From assembly GCA_040901675.1 (NCBI GenBank), contig JBBDYJ010000032.1, positions 229,067-293,066 on the forward strand: 64,000 nucleotides of DNA. Reading direction: 5' to 3'. The notes below the pieces were generated by a model. The model saw only the letters and a list, made by a program, of their open reading frames with translations. It was not told the origin of the DNA and made no database searches. Source of the DNA: Pirellulales bacterium. GTDB lineage: Bacteria > Planctomycetota > Planctomycetia > Pirellulales > JAICIG01. Shown piece after piece: positions 30,041 to 39,855 of the stretch; the stretch's first letter is position 1; each line of letters begins with the position of its first letter. The position numbers and the translations under genes were made by a program.

Positions 30041-32824
30041 ATGAAGGCCACAGCTCCAATTAAGGCCAACGTATTGCGCACTTTGCGCTCAGTATCCATG
30101 GCGGCAGGTGGTTTGGCATTCCTATTCGCCACGCCGGCGTGGGCCGACGAGGGGGGCGACAAGCCATCGGCCGCCAACCCGGCCGCCGCCGGCCAAACCG
30201 AGCCCACCAAGGCCGAAGCGGCCGCCACTCCCGCGGCAGCCGCCGGGGCCCAAGCGCAGGCCGCCCCGGCCAAACCGAAGTACCCGCCGGCGACGGAGGT
30301 GCTCAAGGACTTCGAGGCGATCACCGGCCTGATCAAGCTGCACCGCAAGGAGAACAAGGTGTACGCCGAGCTGACGGGGGGGAATCTGAACAAGGATTAC
30401 ATTGTGCTGATCTCGATTGCCCGCGGGATCGGGCAGGGGAGCGTACTGGCCGGGATGAGCTGGGGCTTCGGCGACGATTGGTTATGGCAGTTCCGCAAGA
30501 TCGATGACAATATTCAGATCGTCCGCCGCAACGTGCGGTTCCGCGCGGCTGCGGGCAGCCCGGAGGAGCGGGCGGTCAAGCTGGCCTACACCGACAGCGT
30601 GCTGTACAGCCTGCCGGTGGTGACCATGACCTCGTCGGGCGGGATGATCGTCGACCTGACGCAGGTGTTCATGAGCGACCTGCCGCAGATTTCGCAGATG
30701 CTGCCGGGCTTCTCCTTTGCCGGCAACAAGTCGACGTGGGCGGCGGTCAAGGGCTTTCCGGAGAACATCGAGCTGGAGGTGGCAGCCACTTACGCTTCCG
30801 GCGGCGCGTTGGAGCTGGATACGGTTCCTGACAGCCGCGGCGCGACGATCAACGTGCACTACTCGATCAGCGCGCTGCCGCAGACCGGCTACCAGCCGCG
30901 CCTGGCGGACAACCGCGTGGGCTATTTCCTGACGGTCGCGAAGGATTTTTCGAAGAAGAGCCACGAGGACCGCTTCGTGCGGTACATCAACCGCTGGCAA
31001 CTGGAAAAGGACGACGCGTCGGCCGCCGTCTCCACCCCCAAGAAGCCGATCACCTTCTACATCGAAAAGACGGTTCCCTTCAAGTACCGCAAGGCGATCA
31101 GCGACGGCATCCTGGAGTGGAACAAGGCCTTCGAGAAGGCCGGGTTCTACAACGCCGTCCAGGCCATCCAGCAGCAGGAAAGCGACGGCTGGGATCCGGA
31201 GGACATCCGCTACAACACGTTCCGCTGGATCACGGCCGGGGCCGGTTTTGCCATGGGTCCCAGCCGCGTGAATCCGCTGACGGGGCAGATCCTCGACGCC
31301 GACATCATCTTCGACGCTGACTTCGTGCAGTTCTGGAAACAGGAATACGAGACGTTCACTCCGGCCAGCATTGCCGCTTTGACGGGCGGCCCGCTGGACC
31401 TGAAGTCGTATGAGGAGGAGTTGGAAAAGGTTCCAGCCCACCTTCGCCACAGCATGCTCTGCCGTTGCGAGCTGCACCAGGGCATGGCCCGCGAGCTGGC
31501 GCTGGGTTCGACCGCTCTCTTGGTGCGAGGGGCCGACCCCGCGCAGTCGCTGGTCGAGCAGGAAAAAATGATCATGCAAGCCCTGAAGGAAGTGGTCATG
31601 CACGAGGTCGGGCACACCCTGGGGCTGCGCCACAACTTCAAGTCGAGCACCATGCTCTCCATGGCCGACTTGAACGATCCGGAAAAGACCAAGGACACCG
31701 GTTTGACCGGCTCGGTGATGGACTACTCGCCGACCAACATCGTGCCCAAGGACATGAAGCAAGGCGACTACTATTCGACGACCATCGGGCCCTACGACAT
31801 CTGGGCGATCGAGTACGGCTACAAGCCGTTGTCCGGCGGAACCGAGGGAGAAGTCGCCGAGTTGAAGAAGATTGCCGCCCGGGCGGCCGAGCCCCAGTTG
31901 GCATATGCCACCGATGAGGACACTCGAGGCATCGACCCCGATCCGCTTGCGAACCGATTCGACCTGGGCGGCGACACCATCGAATATGCCAAGGTCCGCT
32001 CGAGACTGATCGGCGAGCTCTGGCCCGGCGTGGTCGACCGCGTGACGCCCGACGGCGATGGTTACCAGCGGGCCCGGCAGGCCTTCGGCGTGCTGATGGG
32101 CAATTACGGCCAGGCGATGCACATGGCCTCCCGCAACGTGGGAGGCATCTACGTGCACCGCGATCACAAGGGCGATCCCAACGGCCGGCTGCCTTTCGTC
32201 GTGGTGCCCGTGGACAAGCAGCGCGAGGCGCTGACGCTGATCGAGGAGCACGTGTTCAGCGCCAAGCCCTTTGAATTCCCACCCGATCTGTACAACCGGC
32301 TGGCGGCCACGAAATGGTACCACTGGGGCAGCTCGCAGCCGTTGCGCGCCGATTACGCCGTACACGAAGTGATCGCCATGTGGCAGAACCGGATCTTGTC
32401 GCAGCTCATGTCGTCGTTGACCTTGGATCGCATTCACGACACCGAGTTGAAGGTGCCGGCCGACCAGGATGCCATGACCACCGCCGAGTTGATCACCCGG
32501 CTGACGGCCGCCATCTTCGCCGAAGCCGGACAGATCCAGCCGGGCGAGTACACCAACCGCAAGCCCGCCGTCAGCAGCCTCCGCCGCAACCTGCAGCGGA
32601 TTTACTTGAAGCGGCTGGCCGACGTGGCCCTCGGCAACACCTACGCCCCGGAAGACTGCCGCACGGTCGCCCACTCGGAGCTGCAGGCCCTGGAAGGCCG
32701 CATTCAGGGCCAGTTGGCCAATGCCGAGGTCAAGCTCGACACCTACACCAAGGCGCACTTGCAGGAAAGCTCCGCGGTAATCCGCAAGGTGCTCGAGTCG
32801 CGGCTGATCACCTTCGGTCCGTAA
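30041..32824 (+). CDS. Exported zinc-dependent metalloprotease (DUF5117/DUF4953, EcxA-like metzincin)
   Basis: Signal peptide; PRLADNRVGYF, YINRWQL, HEVGHTLGLRHN, Met-turn SVMDY, GPYDIWAIEYGY. Confidence 0.9.
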   Translation: MKATAPIKANVLRTLRSVSMAAGGLAFLFATPAWADEGGDKPSAANPAAAGQTEPTKAEAAATPAAAAGAQAQAAPAKPKYPPATEVLKDFEAITGLIKLHRKENKVYAELTGGNLNKDYIVLISIARGIGQGSVLAGMSWGFGDDWLWQFRKIDDNIQIVRRNVRFRAAAGSPEERAVKLAYTDSVLYSLPVVTMTSSGGMIVDLTQVFMSDLPQISQMLPGFSFAGNKSTWAAVKGFPENIELEVAATYASGGALELDTVPDSRGATINVHYSISALPQTGYQPRLADNRVGYFLTVAKDFSKKSHEDRFVRYINRWQLEKDDASAAVSTPKKPITFYIEKTVPFKYRKAISDGILEWNKAFEKAGFYNAVQAIQQQESDGWDPEDIRYNTFRWITAGAGFAMGPSRVNPLTGQILDADIIFDADFVQFWKQEYETFTPASIAALTGGPLDLKSYEEELEKVPAHLRHSMLCRCELHQGMARELALGSTALLVRGADPAQSLVEQEKMIMQALKEVVMHEVGHTLGLRHNFKSSTMLSMADLNDPEKTKDTGLTGSVMDYSPTNIVPKDMKQGDYYSTTIGPYDIWAIEYGYKPLSGGTEGEVAELKKIAARAAEPQLAYATDEDTRGIDPDPLANRFDLGGDTIEYAKVRSRLIGELWPGVVDRVTPDGDGYQRARQAFGVLMGNYGQAMHMASRNVGGIYVHRDHKGDPNGRLPFVVVPVDKQREALTLIEEHVFSAKPFEFPPDLYNRLAATKWYHWGSSQPLRADYAVHEVIAMWQNRILSQLMSSLTLDRIHDTELKVPADQDAMTTAELITRLTAAIFAEAGQIQPGEYTNRKPAVSSLRRNLQRIYLKRLADVALGNTYAPEDCRTVAHSELQALEGRIQGQLANAEVKLDTYTKAHLQESSAVIRKVLESRLITFGP

Positions 32825-32856
32825 ACCCCGCACCAACCAACCGGAGCAGAGCGGCC

Positions 32857-33204
32857 GTGAAGATGGTGCTGGCCGTCGTTCAGCCGACCAAGCTGCACGC
32901 CCTGCGCGAGGCGCTGGTCAAGATCGGCGTGACGCGGATGACCGTCTGCGACGCGCAGGGCTATGCCCGCCAGCGGGGACGCACGGAGATGTATCGCGGC
33001 CACGAGTACAAGACCAACCTGCTGCGGAAGGTGGAGTTGGAGATCCTCGTCAACGACGATTTCTTGGATCGCACCATCGACACCATCCTGAGCGTGGCCC
33101 GCACGGGAGCTGAAGGCACCATCGGTGACGGAAAAATCTTCGTCCTGCCGGTCGAACAGGTGGTCCGCATGAGCGACCTGGTGCGCGGCCCGGAGGGGGT
33201 CTAG
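32857..33204 (+). CDS. P-II family signal transduction protein (GlnB/GlnK-like)
   Basis: GTG start; GYARQRG, T-loop YRGHEY, KVELEI, ARTG..GDGKIFV. Confidence 0.92.
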   Translation: MKMVLAVVQPTKLHALREALVKIGVTRMTVCDAQGYARQRGRTEMYRGHEYKTNLLRKVELEILVNDDFLDRTIDTILSVARTGAEGTIGDGKIFVLPVEQVVRMSDLVRGPEGV

Positions 33205-33209
33205 CCGCG

Positions 33210-33575
33210 ATGCCCGCCTTCGTGCTCACGGCCGACCTGACGTCGCTAGCCCGGGTCGAGGCCGCCGGCAAGTCGCGCGGTTGCCGCGTCGAATCGGCCC
33301 TGAGCGTCGCCGCCTTGCTGGAAAAGCTGGCCGAGGGCCCTGCCGATTTGGTCATCGTGGACCTGGGCATGAGCGGCCTCGACGTGCGGCAGTTGCTGGC
33401 TCAACTGCAAGACTTGCCGCGGCCGCCCAGCACCGTGATCGCCTTTGGCCCTCACGTACACCACGACAAGCTGGCCGCCGCGGCCCAGGCCGGCGCGGAT
33501 CGGGTGCTCTCGCGCGGACAGTTTTTCGCCCAGGCCGAGGAACTCCTGCGCCAGTACGCCGACGCGGGCGCGTGA
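33210..33575 (+). CDS. Atypical single-domain response regulator receiver protein
   Basis: DLVIVDL, IAFGPHV, AGADRVLSRGQF; lacks the canonical Lys. Confidence 0.7.
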   Translation: MPAFVLTADLTSLARVEAAGKSRGCRVESALSVAALLEKLAEGPADLVIVDLGMSGLDVRQLLAQLQDLPRPPSTVIAFGPHVHHDKLAAAAQAGADRVLSRGQFFAQAEELLRQYADAGA

Positions 33576-33579
33576 GGCC

Positions 33580-33642
33580 AGAGGTCGGAGGTCAGAAGGC
33601 AGAGGTCAGAAGGCAGAGGTCAGAAATCGGACGTCGGAGGTC
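33580..33642 (+). repeat. Heptamer tandem repeat, 9 units (AGAGGTC/AGAAGGC)
   Basis: AGAGGTC GGAGGTC AGAAGGC AGAGGTC AGAAGGC AGAGGTC AGAAATC GGACGTC GGAGGTC, between convergent stop codons. Confidence 0.9.
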
Positions 33643-33663
33643 GGGCTCCGTCCTCTTCAGGGT

Positions 33664-34953
33664 TCAGCCTTCCTCTTTCTGTATTTCCTGTTCGGCGTTC
33701 GCTTCGGCCGGGTCGACAACGCTGACTCCGGCCGGGTCGGTCGCTAGTGGCGGCAGGGCGTACGCCTCTCCCCCTTCCACGTGGACCTCGTCCATTTCGG
33801 TGCCATCGTCGTCGCGGCGGAGCAGGAAGTAAATGGCCGTCGAGGCGGTCCAGAAATAGCTGTAGGCGAAACCAAGGGCAACCACGCGTACGCAGCCGGC
33901 CCAGAACTCGATCAGCGCGGCGCCCCACTCGCCGACGCCCTCGGGAGCGCCGGGGCCGACTCCCGCTCGCAGCCCCGCAATCCGCTCGTTGCCGCTGCCC
34001 CAGCTTGCCGCCCACTGCGGCAGGTAAATCACCGCTTCGGCAGAATAGATCACCAACAGCCAGGCCAGGCTGCCCAACAGCACCGCCACGGCGGCATAGA
34101 ACAAATAGTGCAGCGGGCGATGATAGACATACGAATAGGCCCGGCCCAGTGCGTCGAAACTGTCGGTCCCCTCGGCGCTGATCGTGGCCGCCATCAGCGG
34201 CCACCCGAACAACAAGCCCAAAAGGAGAATGGCCATCAGGAGTCCGCCCAGCAACATCAACGGCCAGAGAATTCCGGCCACCAGCAATCCCGCGTCGGCC
34301 CGCATCAACAGACCGACCACCAGCATGGGCAGCACGCACAACAACACGCCCAATAGCGGAAACAGGGGGGCAGCCAGGTAGCTGCGCCACTTGCCGGCCG
34401 CATACCGCACGGCCGGCTTCAAGCCGATGTTCTCCTCCCGGGCCAGTTGCACGGCGGCCATGCGAGTCAGCGCACCACCGAACAAGGCCCATACCGCCGC
34501 GGCCCAAAGCAGGCACAACAGCAGGAAAGCCAGGCCGCGATAGGTCAACGTCAGATCGAAAAGCTGGCGTGCCGGAGCGCTCAACTGATGCCAGGGGCCC
34601 AAGAGCGGATCGCTCGGGTAGCGGCCCAGGTGAGGCGGCGCGGTGAGCCAGTTGTCGGCGGTGTCCAGGCCATCGGGGGCCCGGAGCGGCGTCGGACTTA
34701 CGTCTTCAGGCCCCGACGCATCGAGCCAGGGGCAGCTCTGATAAGCGCGAGTCCAGTCGGCCAGGGGGCGCTCGTCGGCGCCCTCGAATAACAGGGCCAC
34801 CAGCCACCAGCCGAAAATCGTGGCCAGGACCGCGCTGGCGGCCACCAGCAACATGCGCGCCTGCATCGCCAAGCGCAGGGCCCTCACCAGGTTCAGCCAG
34901 GGAAAGACTTCCCGCCAGGCGATCTCGCGCACCACACCGCGTTGTTCCTGCAT
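33664..34953 (-). CDS. Hypothetical multi-pass membrane protein
   Basis: 429-aa ORF with several TM helices; DSFDALGRAYSY and YFLLRRDDDGTEMDEV motifs. Confidence 0.75.
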   Translation of the reverse strand: MQEQRGVVREIAWREVFPWLNLVRALRLAMQARMLLVAASAVLATIFGWWLVALLFEGADERPLADWTRAYQSCPWLDASGPEDVSPTPLRAPDGLDTADNWLTAPPHLGRYPSDPLLGPWHQLSAPARQLFDLTLTYRGLAFLLLCLLWAAAVWALFGGALTRMAAVQLAREENIGLKPAVRYAAGKWRSYLAAPLFPLLGVLLCVLPMLVVGLLMRADAGLLVAGILWPLMLLGGLLMAILLLGLLFGWPLMAATISAEGTDSFDALGRAYSYVYHRPLHYLFYAAVAVLLGSLAWLLVIYSAEAVIYLPQWAASWGSGNERIAGLRAGVGPGAPEGVGEWGAALIEFWAGCVRVVALGFAYSYFWTASTAIYFLLRRDDDGTEMDEVHVEGGEAYALPPLATDPAGVSVVDPAEANAEQEIQKEEG

Positions 34954-35121
34954 TGAGTCGCTCCAGCAGCCATCAGAGACTAGAAAAGTTGGAAAGCGCC
35001 GGCATTATAGGACCTTCGGGCCGGCATGCAAGGAAAGATGGGCGGCCTGCGCTATCGGGCGAATCCCGGCGGGGGCGTCTCGCGAGGGCCCGACGTCGGC
35101 ACCGGCCGTGAGAATGCCCCA

Positions 35122-35313
35122 TTAATCCTGCTGTGGTTGCTCTTCGAACTGCTCGTCGTCCTCGTCCTCGCGGCGAGGCTCGGGCACGGCATACTGCTCG
35201 CCCAGCCAACGGCCCAGGTCGACCTGCCGGCAGCGCGGGCCGCAGAACGGCAGGGCCGCTGAGGTCTCGGAATCAAATCGCTTGTCGCAGATCGGACAGC
35301 GCAGCACGCTCAT
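35122..35313 (-). CDS. yacG: DNA gyrase inhibitor YacG
   Basis: CPIC...PFCGPRCRQVDLGRW..E.Y.VP with acidic tail. Confidence 0.88.
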   Translation of the reverse strand: MSVLRCPICDKRFDSETSAALPFCGPRCRQVDLGRWLGEQYAVPEPRREDEDDEQFEEQPQQD

Positions 35314-35353
35314 TGCAAAGCGGGCAGGGTGTGGGATGGTAAGGTATGCCAGT

Positions 35354-35701
35354 TCAGTCTTCGCTCTTACGCTTGCTCTTGGTCTTGGATTCGTGGGTCG
35401 CGGCCGAACCATTCGATGCCGCCGGCTTGGATTCCGAGGTGCCGGAGGACTTGGTTTCGGCGGCCTTGCTCTCGGCGGCCGGCTTGCTCTCGGCTTCGGC
35501 CCTTTTTTTATACGACTCGCTGCGGTAGTCGGTTTGGTAGAACCCAGAGCCTTTGAAGACGATTGCGGCGCCCGGACCAATCAGCCGGCGCAGCTTTCGC
35601 TTTCGGCACTGAGGGCATTTCTTCTCGGCTTCTGCGGTGATCGACTGGAATAACTCGAACTTATGGTCGCAGGCGTCGCAGACGTAGTCGTAGGTTGGCA
35701 T
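35354..35701 (-). CDS. FmdB-family zinc ribbon protein
   Basis: MPTYDYVCDAC...CPQC...FKGSGFYQTDYRS. Confidence 0.92.
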   Translation of the reverse strand: MPTYDYVCDACDHKFELFQSITAEAEKKCPQCRKRKLRRLIGPGAAIVFKGSGFYQTDYRSESYKKRAEAESKPAAESKAAETKSSGTSESKPAASNGSAATHESKTKSKRKSED

Positions 35702-35772
35702 ACAGTTCCTCTTGAAATGGTCCGAAGAAAACTCGTTGCTTGGGCGAACTGCCGTTGGCGGGAGGTGTATCG

Positions 35773-36321
35773 CTACTGGGCTGGCGGCGGGGCGGAAACG
35801 ATGACCTTGGCGGGCCTGACAACCCGGTCGTGCAACTGGTAGCCGTCTTCCACCACGTCGACGACCGTATTCGGGGGGTACTGGGCATCGGCGCGCTGCG
35901 AAATGGCCTCATGCCGGTTCGGGTCGAACGGCTGCCCCAGCGCGTCGATCCGTTGGCACTGATACCGCGAGAGCACCGAGGCCAGTTGCTGGGCAACCAT
36001 CTTGAATCCTTCCAGCAGCGAAGTGGCCTCGGCTGTCTTTTCGGCTGCCTCGATGGCCCGGCCGACGTTATCGACCACTCCCAGCAGGTCTCGCAGCAGC
36101 GGCAGATTGGCATAGCGGCGTTCGTCTTCCATCTCGCGGCGGCTGCGCTTGCGGAAGTTCTCCAATTCCGCCAGGTTCCGCAGCGCGCGCTCGTTGGCCT
36201 GCTGGAGTTCCCGGCGAAGCCGGTCGGACGGCTCGGCCGTGGCCTGCTCGATCAGGGCATCGCGCTCGGGCGAATCTTCGGCTGCCGGGTTCGCTTCGTC
36301 TCGATGGTCTTGATCGTTCAT
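35773..36321 (-). CDS. grpE: Nucleotide exchange factor GrpE
   Basis: AELENFRKR, FDPNRHEA, GYQLHDRVVRPAKV. Confidence 0.95.
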   Translation of the reverse strand: MNDQDHRDEANPAAEDSPERDALIEQATAEPSDRLRRELQQANERALRNLAELENFRKRSRREMEDERRYANLPLLRDLLGVVDNVGRAIEAAEKTAEATSLLEGFKMVAQQLASVLSRYQCQRIDALGQPFDPNRHEAISQRADAQYPPNTVVDVVEDGYQLHDRVVRPAKVIVSAPPPAQ

Positions 36322-36396
36322 GGCTGAACAGTGCATTTGCTCTGGGGTTGGTGGTCTTCCTAAAGGAGCCCTCACGCTCCGCGTGAGGAAGCCGGC

Positions 36397-37569
36397 TCAA
36401 TCCTGGGCCGGGGCCTCCTCCTGCGGGATGAAGTAGTCGCGCAGCTTCTCGAAAAAACTCTTGCGGTGCGGGCTGACGTTCACCCGCTCTTCCTCGGCCA
36501 ACTCCCGCAGCAGCTCCTCCTGTCGCGATGTCAGGTTCTTGGGAATATCGACGTTGACCTGCACCAGCAAATCCCCGCGGCCGCGGGCACGGGGATCGGG
36601 CATGCCGCGGCCTCTCAGCTTGAACACCTCTCCCGGCTGTGTTCCGGCGGGGATTTCGAGCGGTTCGCGGCCGTCCAAGGTGGGCACTTCGATCGTGGCG
36701 CCCAGGGCGGCCTGTGAATAGCTCAGTGGCAACCGGCAGATCAGATGTTGTCCTTCCCGCTCGAACAGTGGATGCTCGCGGACCGTGATGAAACAATAAC
36801 AGTCGCCCGGCGGACCGCCGTCGGGGCTCGGGTTGCCTTCGCCGCTGAGCCGCAGGCGCGTGTCGCTGTCGACGCCCGCCGGAATACGCACCTCGCGTTC
36901 GACCCGCCCCCGGACCATCCCCTCGCCGCGGCACTCCGGGCAGGGCTCCTTGATCACGCTGCCCGCTCCCCGGCAAGACGGGCAAGTCGTTTGGATCCGG
37001 AACATGCCGGACGACTGGATCACCTGCCCCACGCCCCCGCAGTAACGGCAGGCTTCCGGCGACGAGCCGCGCCGGGCGCCGCTGCCATCGCACTGGCCGC
37101 ACCGCTGGTGCCGCTCGAAGCGGAGCTTCTTGGTGGCCCCCCGTGCGGCCTCGTGCAGGTCCAGCGTCACGTCGCAGCGCACGTCGGCCCCGCGGTGCTG
37201 GCGCCGGCCGCGGCGGCCTTGCCGGCCCCCGAACAGGTCGCCGAACATGGCGTCGCCGAAGATATCGCCGAAGGCCTGGAAAATGTCGTTGACGTCGGTG
37301 AAGTGGGGCGCGCCGCCGCCGGGACCGTCGACGCCGGCATGTCCGAACCGGTCGTAGCGGGCCCGTTTGTCGCCGTCGCTGAGAACCTCGAAGGCCTCGG
37401 CCGCCTCCTTGAACCGTTGCACGGCCTCGTCGTCGCCCGGGTTCTTGTCCGGATGGAACTGGATGGCCAGCTTGCGGTAGGCGGTGGCAATTTCCTTTTC
37501 CGAGGCGTCACGCCCAACGCCCAGGACCTCGTAGTAGTCGCGCTTGGCTTTCGCTGCCATAGTGGCCAT
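36397..37569 (-). CDS. dnaJ: Chaperone DnaJ
   Basis: J domain with HPD, G/F region, four CxxCxGxG motifs. Start may be 37560. Confidence 0.96.
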   Translation of the reverse strand: MATMAAKAKRDYYEVLGVGRDASEKEIATAYRKLAIQFHPDKNPGDDEAVQRFKEAAEAFEVLSDGDKRARYDRFGHAGVDGPGGGAPHFTDVNDIFQAFGDIFGDAMFGDLFGGRQGRRGRRQHRGADVRCDVTLDLHEAARGATKKLRFERHQRCGQCDGSGARRGSSPEACRYCGGVGQVIQSSGMFRIQTTCPSCRGAGSVIKEPCPECRGEGMVRGRVEREVRIPAGVDSDTRLRLSGEGNPSPDGGPPGDCYCFITVREHPLFEREGQHLICRLPLSYSQAALGATIEVPTLDGREPLEIPAGTQPGEVFKLRGRGMPDPRARGRGDLLVQVNVDIPKNLTSRQEELLRELAEEERVNVSPHRKSFFEKLRDYFIPQEEAPAQD

Positions 37570-37675
37570 GGCTACCGGTCGGGTTATCGAGTTGCGTTAG
37601 GTAATTATAGCCCGAACAGGGCCGGCCGCTTTCCGGCGGGCTGCTGGAGTGGCCGTGACCGCCCGAATCGGCTTG

Positions 37676-37724
37676 AAAAACGGGCCACCCGCCGCGCACG
37701 TCCAGTGGGTGGCCGGGTGGCCCG
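37676..37724 (-). terminator. Probable intrinsic terminator between groEL and dnaJ
   Basis: Minus strand: stem ACGGGCCACCC...GGGTGGCCCGT followed by a T tract. Confidence 0.6.
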
Positions 37725-37758
37725 TGAGGACCCGATTGGTTGGGGCTCAAGGCCGCCG

Positions 37759-39378
37759 TCAGCGGATGCTCCCCTCGATGCGATGCTTTTTCTTGTCGTC
37801 CTTGTCCAGGTTGGTGACCAAGGCCTCGGTCGTCAACATCAAAGCGGCAATACTGGCCGCATTGCTCAAGGCGGTTCGGACCACCTTCAAGGGGTCGATG
37901 ATGCCCGCCTTGTACATGTCGACATACTCGGCCTTGTTGGCGTCGTAGCCGACGTTGGCCGGCTTGCGGCTGACCTCGTCGGCCACGACCGAGCCGTCGA
38001 TGCCGCAGTTGTCGGCAATTTGCTCCAGCGGGCTCGCGATCGCGTGCAGCACGATGTCGACGCCGATTTTTTCATCGCCTTTGGCCGACCCGCGGATCTT
38101 CTCGATGGCTTCGCGGCAGCGCAGCAAGGCCACGCCGCCTCCCGGCAGGATGCCTTCCTCGACCGCGGCACGGGTGGCGTGCAACGCGTCCTCGACGCGC
38201 GCTTTCTTCTGCTTCATATCCGATTCGCTGCTGGCCCCGACCGAGATGATCGCCACCCCGCCGGTCAGCTTGGCCAGCCGCTCCTGGAACTTCTCGCGAT
38301 CGTATTCGCTCTCGGTGGCCTCGATCTGGTTGCGGATCTGCTGGATCCGGTTCTGGATGTCGGCCGTCTTGCCGGCGCCCTGCACGATGGTGGTGTTGCT
38401 CTTGTCGACGGTGATCTTCTTGGCCCGTCCCAACTGCTCCAGCGTCAGGTTCTCGAGCTTGATGCCCAGGTCCTCGCTGATCAGCGTGCCGCCGGTCAAG
38501 ACGGCGAGGTCGCCCAGCATGGCCTTGCGGCGGTCGCCGAATCCCGGCGCCTTGACCGCGCAGACGTTCAGCACGCCGCGGAGCTTGTTGACGACCAGCG
38601 TCGTCAAGGCTTCACCCTCGATGTCCTCGGCGACGATCAGCAGCGGCCGGCCCGCCTGGCTCGTCTTCTCCAGGATCGGGATCAGGTCCCGCAAGTTGCT
38701 GATCTTTTTCTCGTGGATCAGGATGTAAGCGTCCTCCAGAACGCAGTCCATCTCCGAAGGGCGGTTGATGAAGTAAGGCGACAAGTACCCCTTGTCGAAC
38801 TGCATTCCTTCCACCAGCTCGAGCGTGGTTTCGGTGCCCTTGCTTTCCTCGACCGTGATCACGCCGTCCTTGCCCACCTTCTCCATGGCGTCGGCCAACA
38901 GCTCGCCGATCGCCTGGTCGTTGTTGGCGCTGACCGCGCCCACCTGGGCGATCTCGGCCTTGCTCGAAACCGGCTTGGCCTGGGTCTTGAGCTGTTCGAT
39001 GGCCGCATCCACGGCCCTTTCAATGCCCCGCCGCATGGCCGCCGGGTTGCTGCCGGCCGCCACGTTGCGAATGCCTTCCTTGAAGATCGCCCGGGCCAGT
39101 ACGGTGGCGGTGGTGGTGCCGTCGCCGGCCACGTCGGAGGTCTTCGACGCCACCTCGTTGACCAGCTTGGCGCCCATGTTCTCGAAGCGATCTTCGAGTT
39201 CGATCTCCTTGCTGACCGTGACGCCGTCCTTGGTCACCGTGGGACCTCCGAACGATTTGTCGATGATCACGTTTCGTCCGGTCGGCCCCATGGTAATGGC
39301 GACCGCGTCGGCCAGTTTATCCACGCCGCGGAGCATCTTGGCCCGTGCGGCGTCGTCGAACATTAATTGCTTAGCCAC
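37759..39378 (-). CDS. groL: Chaperonin GroEL (paralog with basic tail)
   Basis: [31 protein letters not shown]; ends [15 protein letters not shown]. Confidence 0.97.
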   Translation of the reverse strand: MAKQLMFDDAARAKMLRGVDKLADAVAITMGPTGRNVIIDKSFGGPTVTKDGVTVSKEIELEDRFENMGAKLVNEVASKTSDVAGDGTTTATVLARAIFKEGIRNVAAGSNPAAMRRGIERAVDAAIEQLKTQAKPVSSKAEIAQVGAVSANNDQAIGELLADAMEKVGKDGVITVEESKGTETTLELVEGMQFDKGYLSPYFINRPSEMDCVLEDAYILIHEKKISNLRDLIPILEKTSQAGRPLLIVAEDIEGEALTTLVVNKLRGVLNVCAVKAPGFGDRRKAMLGDLAVLTGGTLISEDLGIKLENLTLEQLGRAKKITVDKSNTTIVQGAGKTADIQNRIQQIRNQIEATESEYDREKFQERLAKLTGGVAIISVGASSESDMKQKKARVEDALHATRAAVEEGILPGGGVALLRCREAIEKIRGSAKGDEKIGVDIVLHAIASPLEQIADNCGIDGSVVADEVSRKPANVGYDANKAEYVDMYKAGIIDPLKVVRTALSNAASIAALMLTTEALVTNLDKDDKKKHRIEGSIR

Positions 39379-39443
39379 GTTGGCGGTTCCTTCTTTCTTT
39401 AGTTTCGCGGTTGTTGTTGGATGCGCGGTGTTGAAGTTGCCTG

Positions 39444-39743
39444 CTAACCGACGACCTTGGCCAGGATGTCGCTTTCCCGCAGGATCTTCACGTCGCGGCC
39501 GTTCAGCTCGATTTCCGTACCGGAATACTTGCCATAAATCACTTCGTCGCCCACGTGGACCGAGAGCGTTCCCCGCTCGCCGCTATCCATCAGCTTGCCC
39601 GGACCGATCGAAACGATCGTGCCCCGCTGCGGCTTCTCCTTGGCGGTGTCGGGCAGCACGATGCCTCCCGCGGTTGTCTCCTCGGCCTCCATCGGTTCCA
39701 CAACAACACGGTCGTCCAGCGGTCGCAGCTTGACGTCTTTCAT
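39444..39743 (-). CDS. groS: Co-chaperonin GroES
   Basis: [35 protein letters not shown]. Confidence 0.97.
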   Translation of the reverse strand: MKDVKLRPLDDRVVVEPMEAEETTAGGIVLPDTAKEKPQRGTIVSIGPGKLMDSGERGTLSVHVGDEVIYGKYSGTEIELNGRDVKILRESDILAKVVG

Positions 39744-39855
39744 GGTTCGTTCTCTCGAATTAAAGCGGTTTTGTCGGATCCTGTCGCCCATAGCCGCGTT
39801 GGTAAGCGCGGCACTTGTGTTTGCTTGAGATGTCCTCTGGGGTTACGACCACAAG

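Noticed and set aside
30482..32836. 784-aa minus-strand ORF
   Set aside because: Antisense shadow of the metalloprotease.
36745..39366. 873-aa plus-strand ORF
   Set aside because: Antisense shadow of groEL and dnaJ, expected from high-GC codon bias; no motifs.
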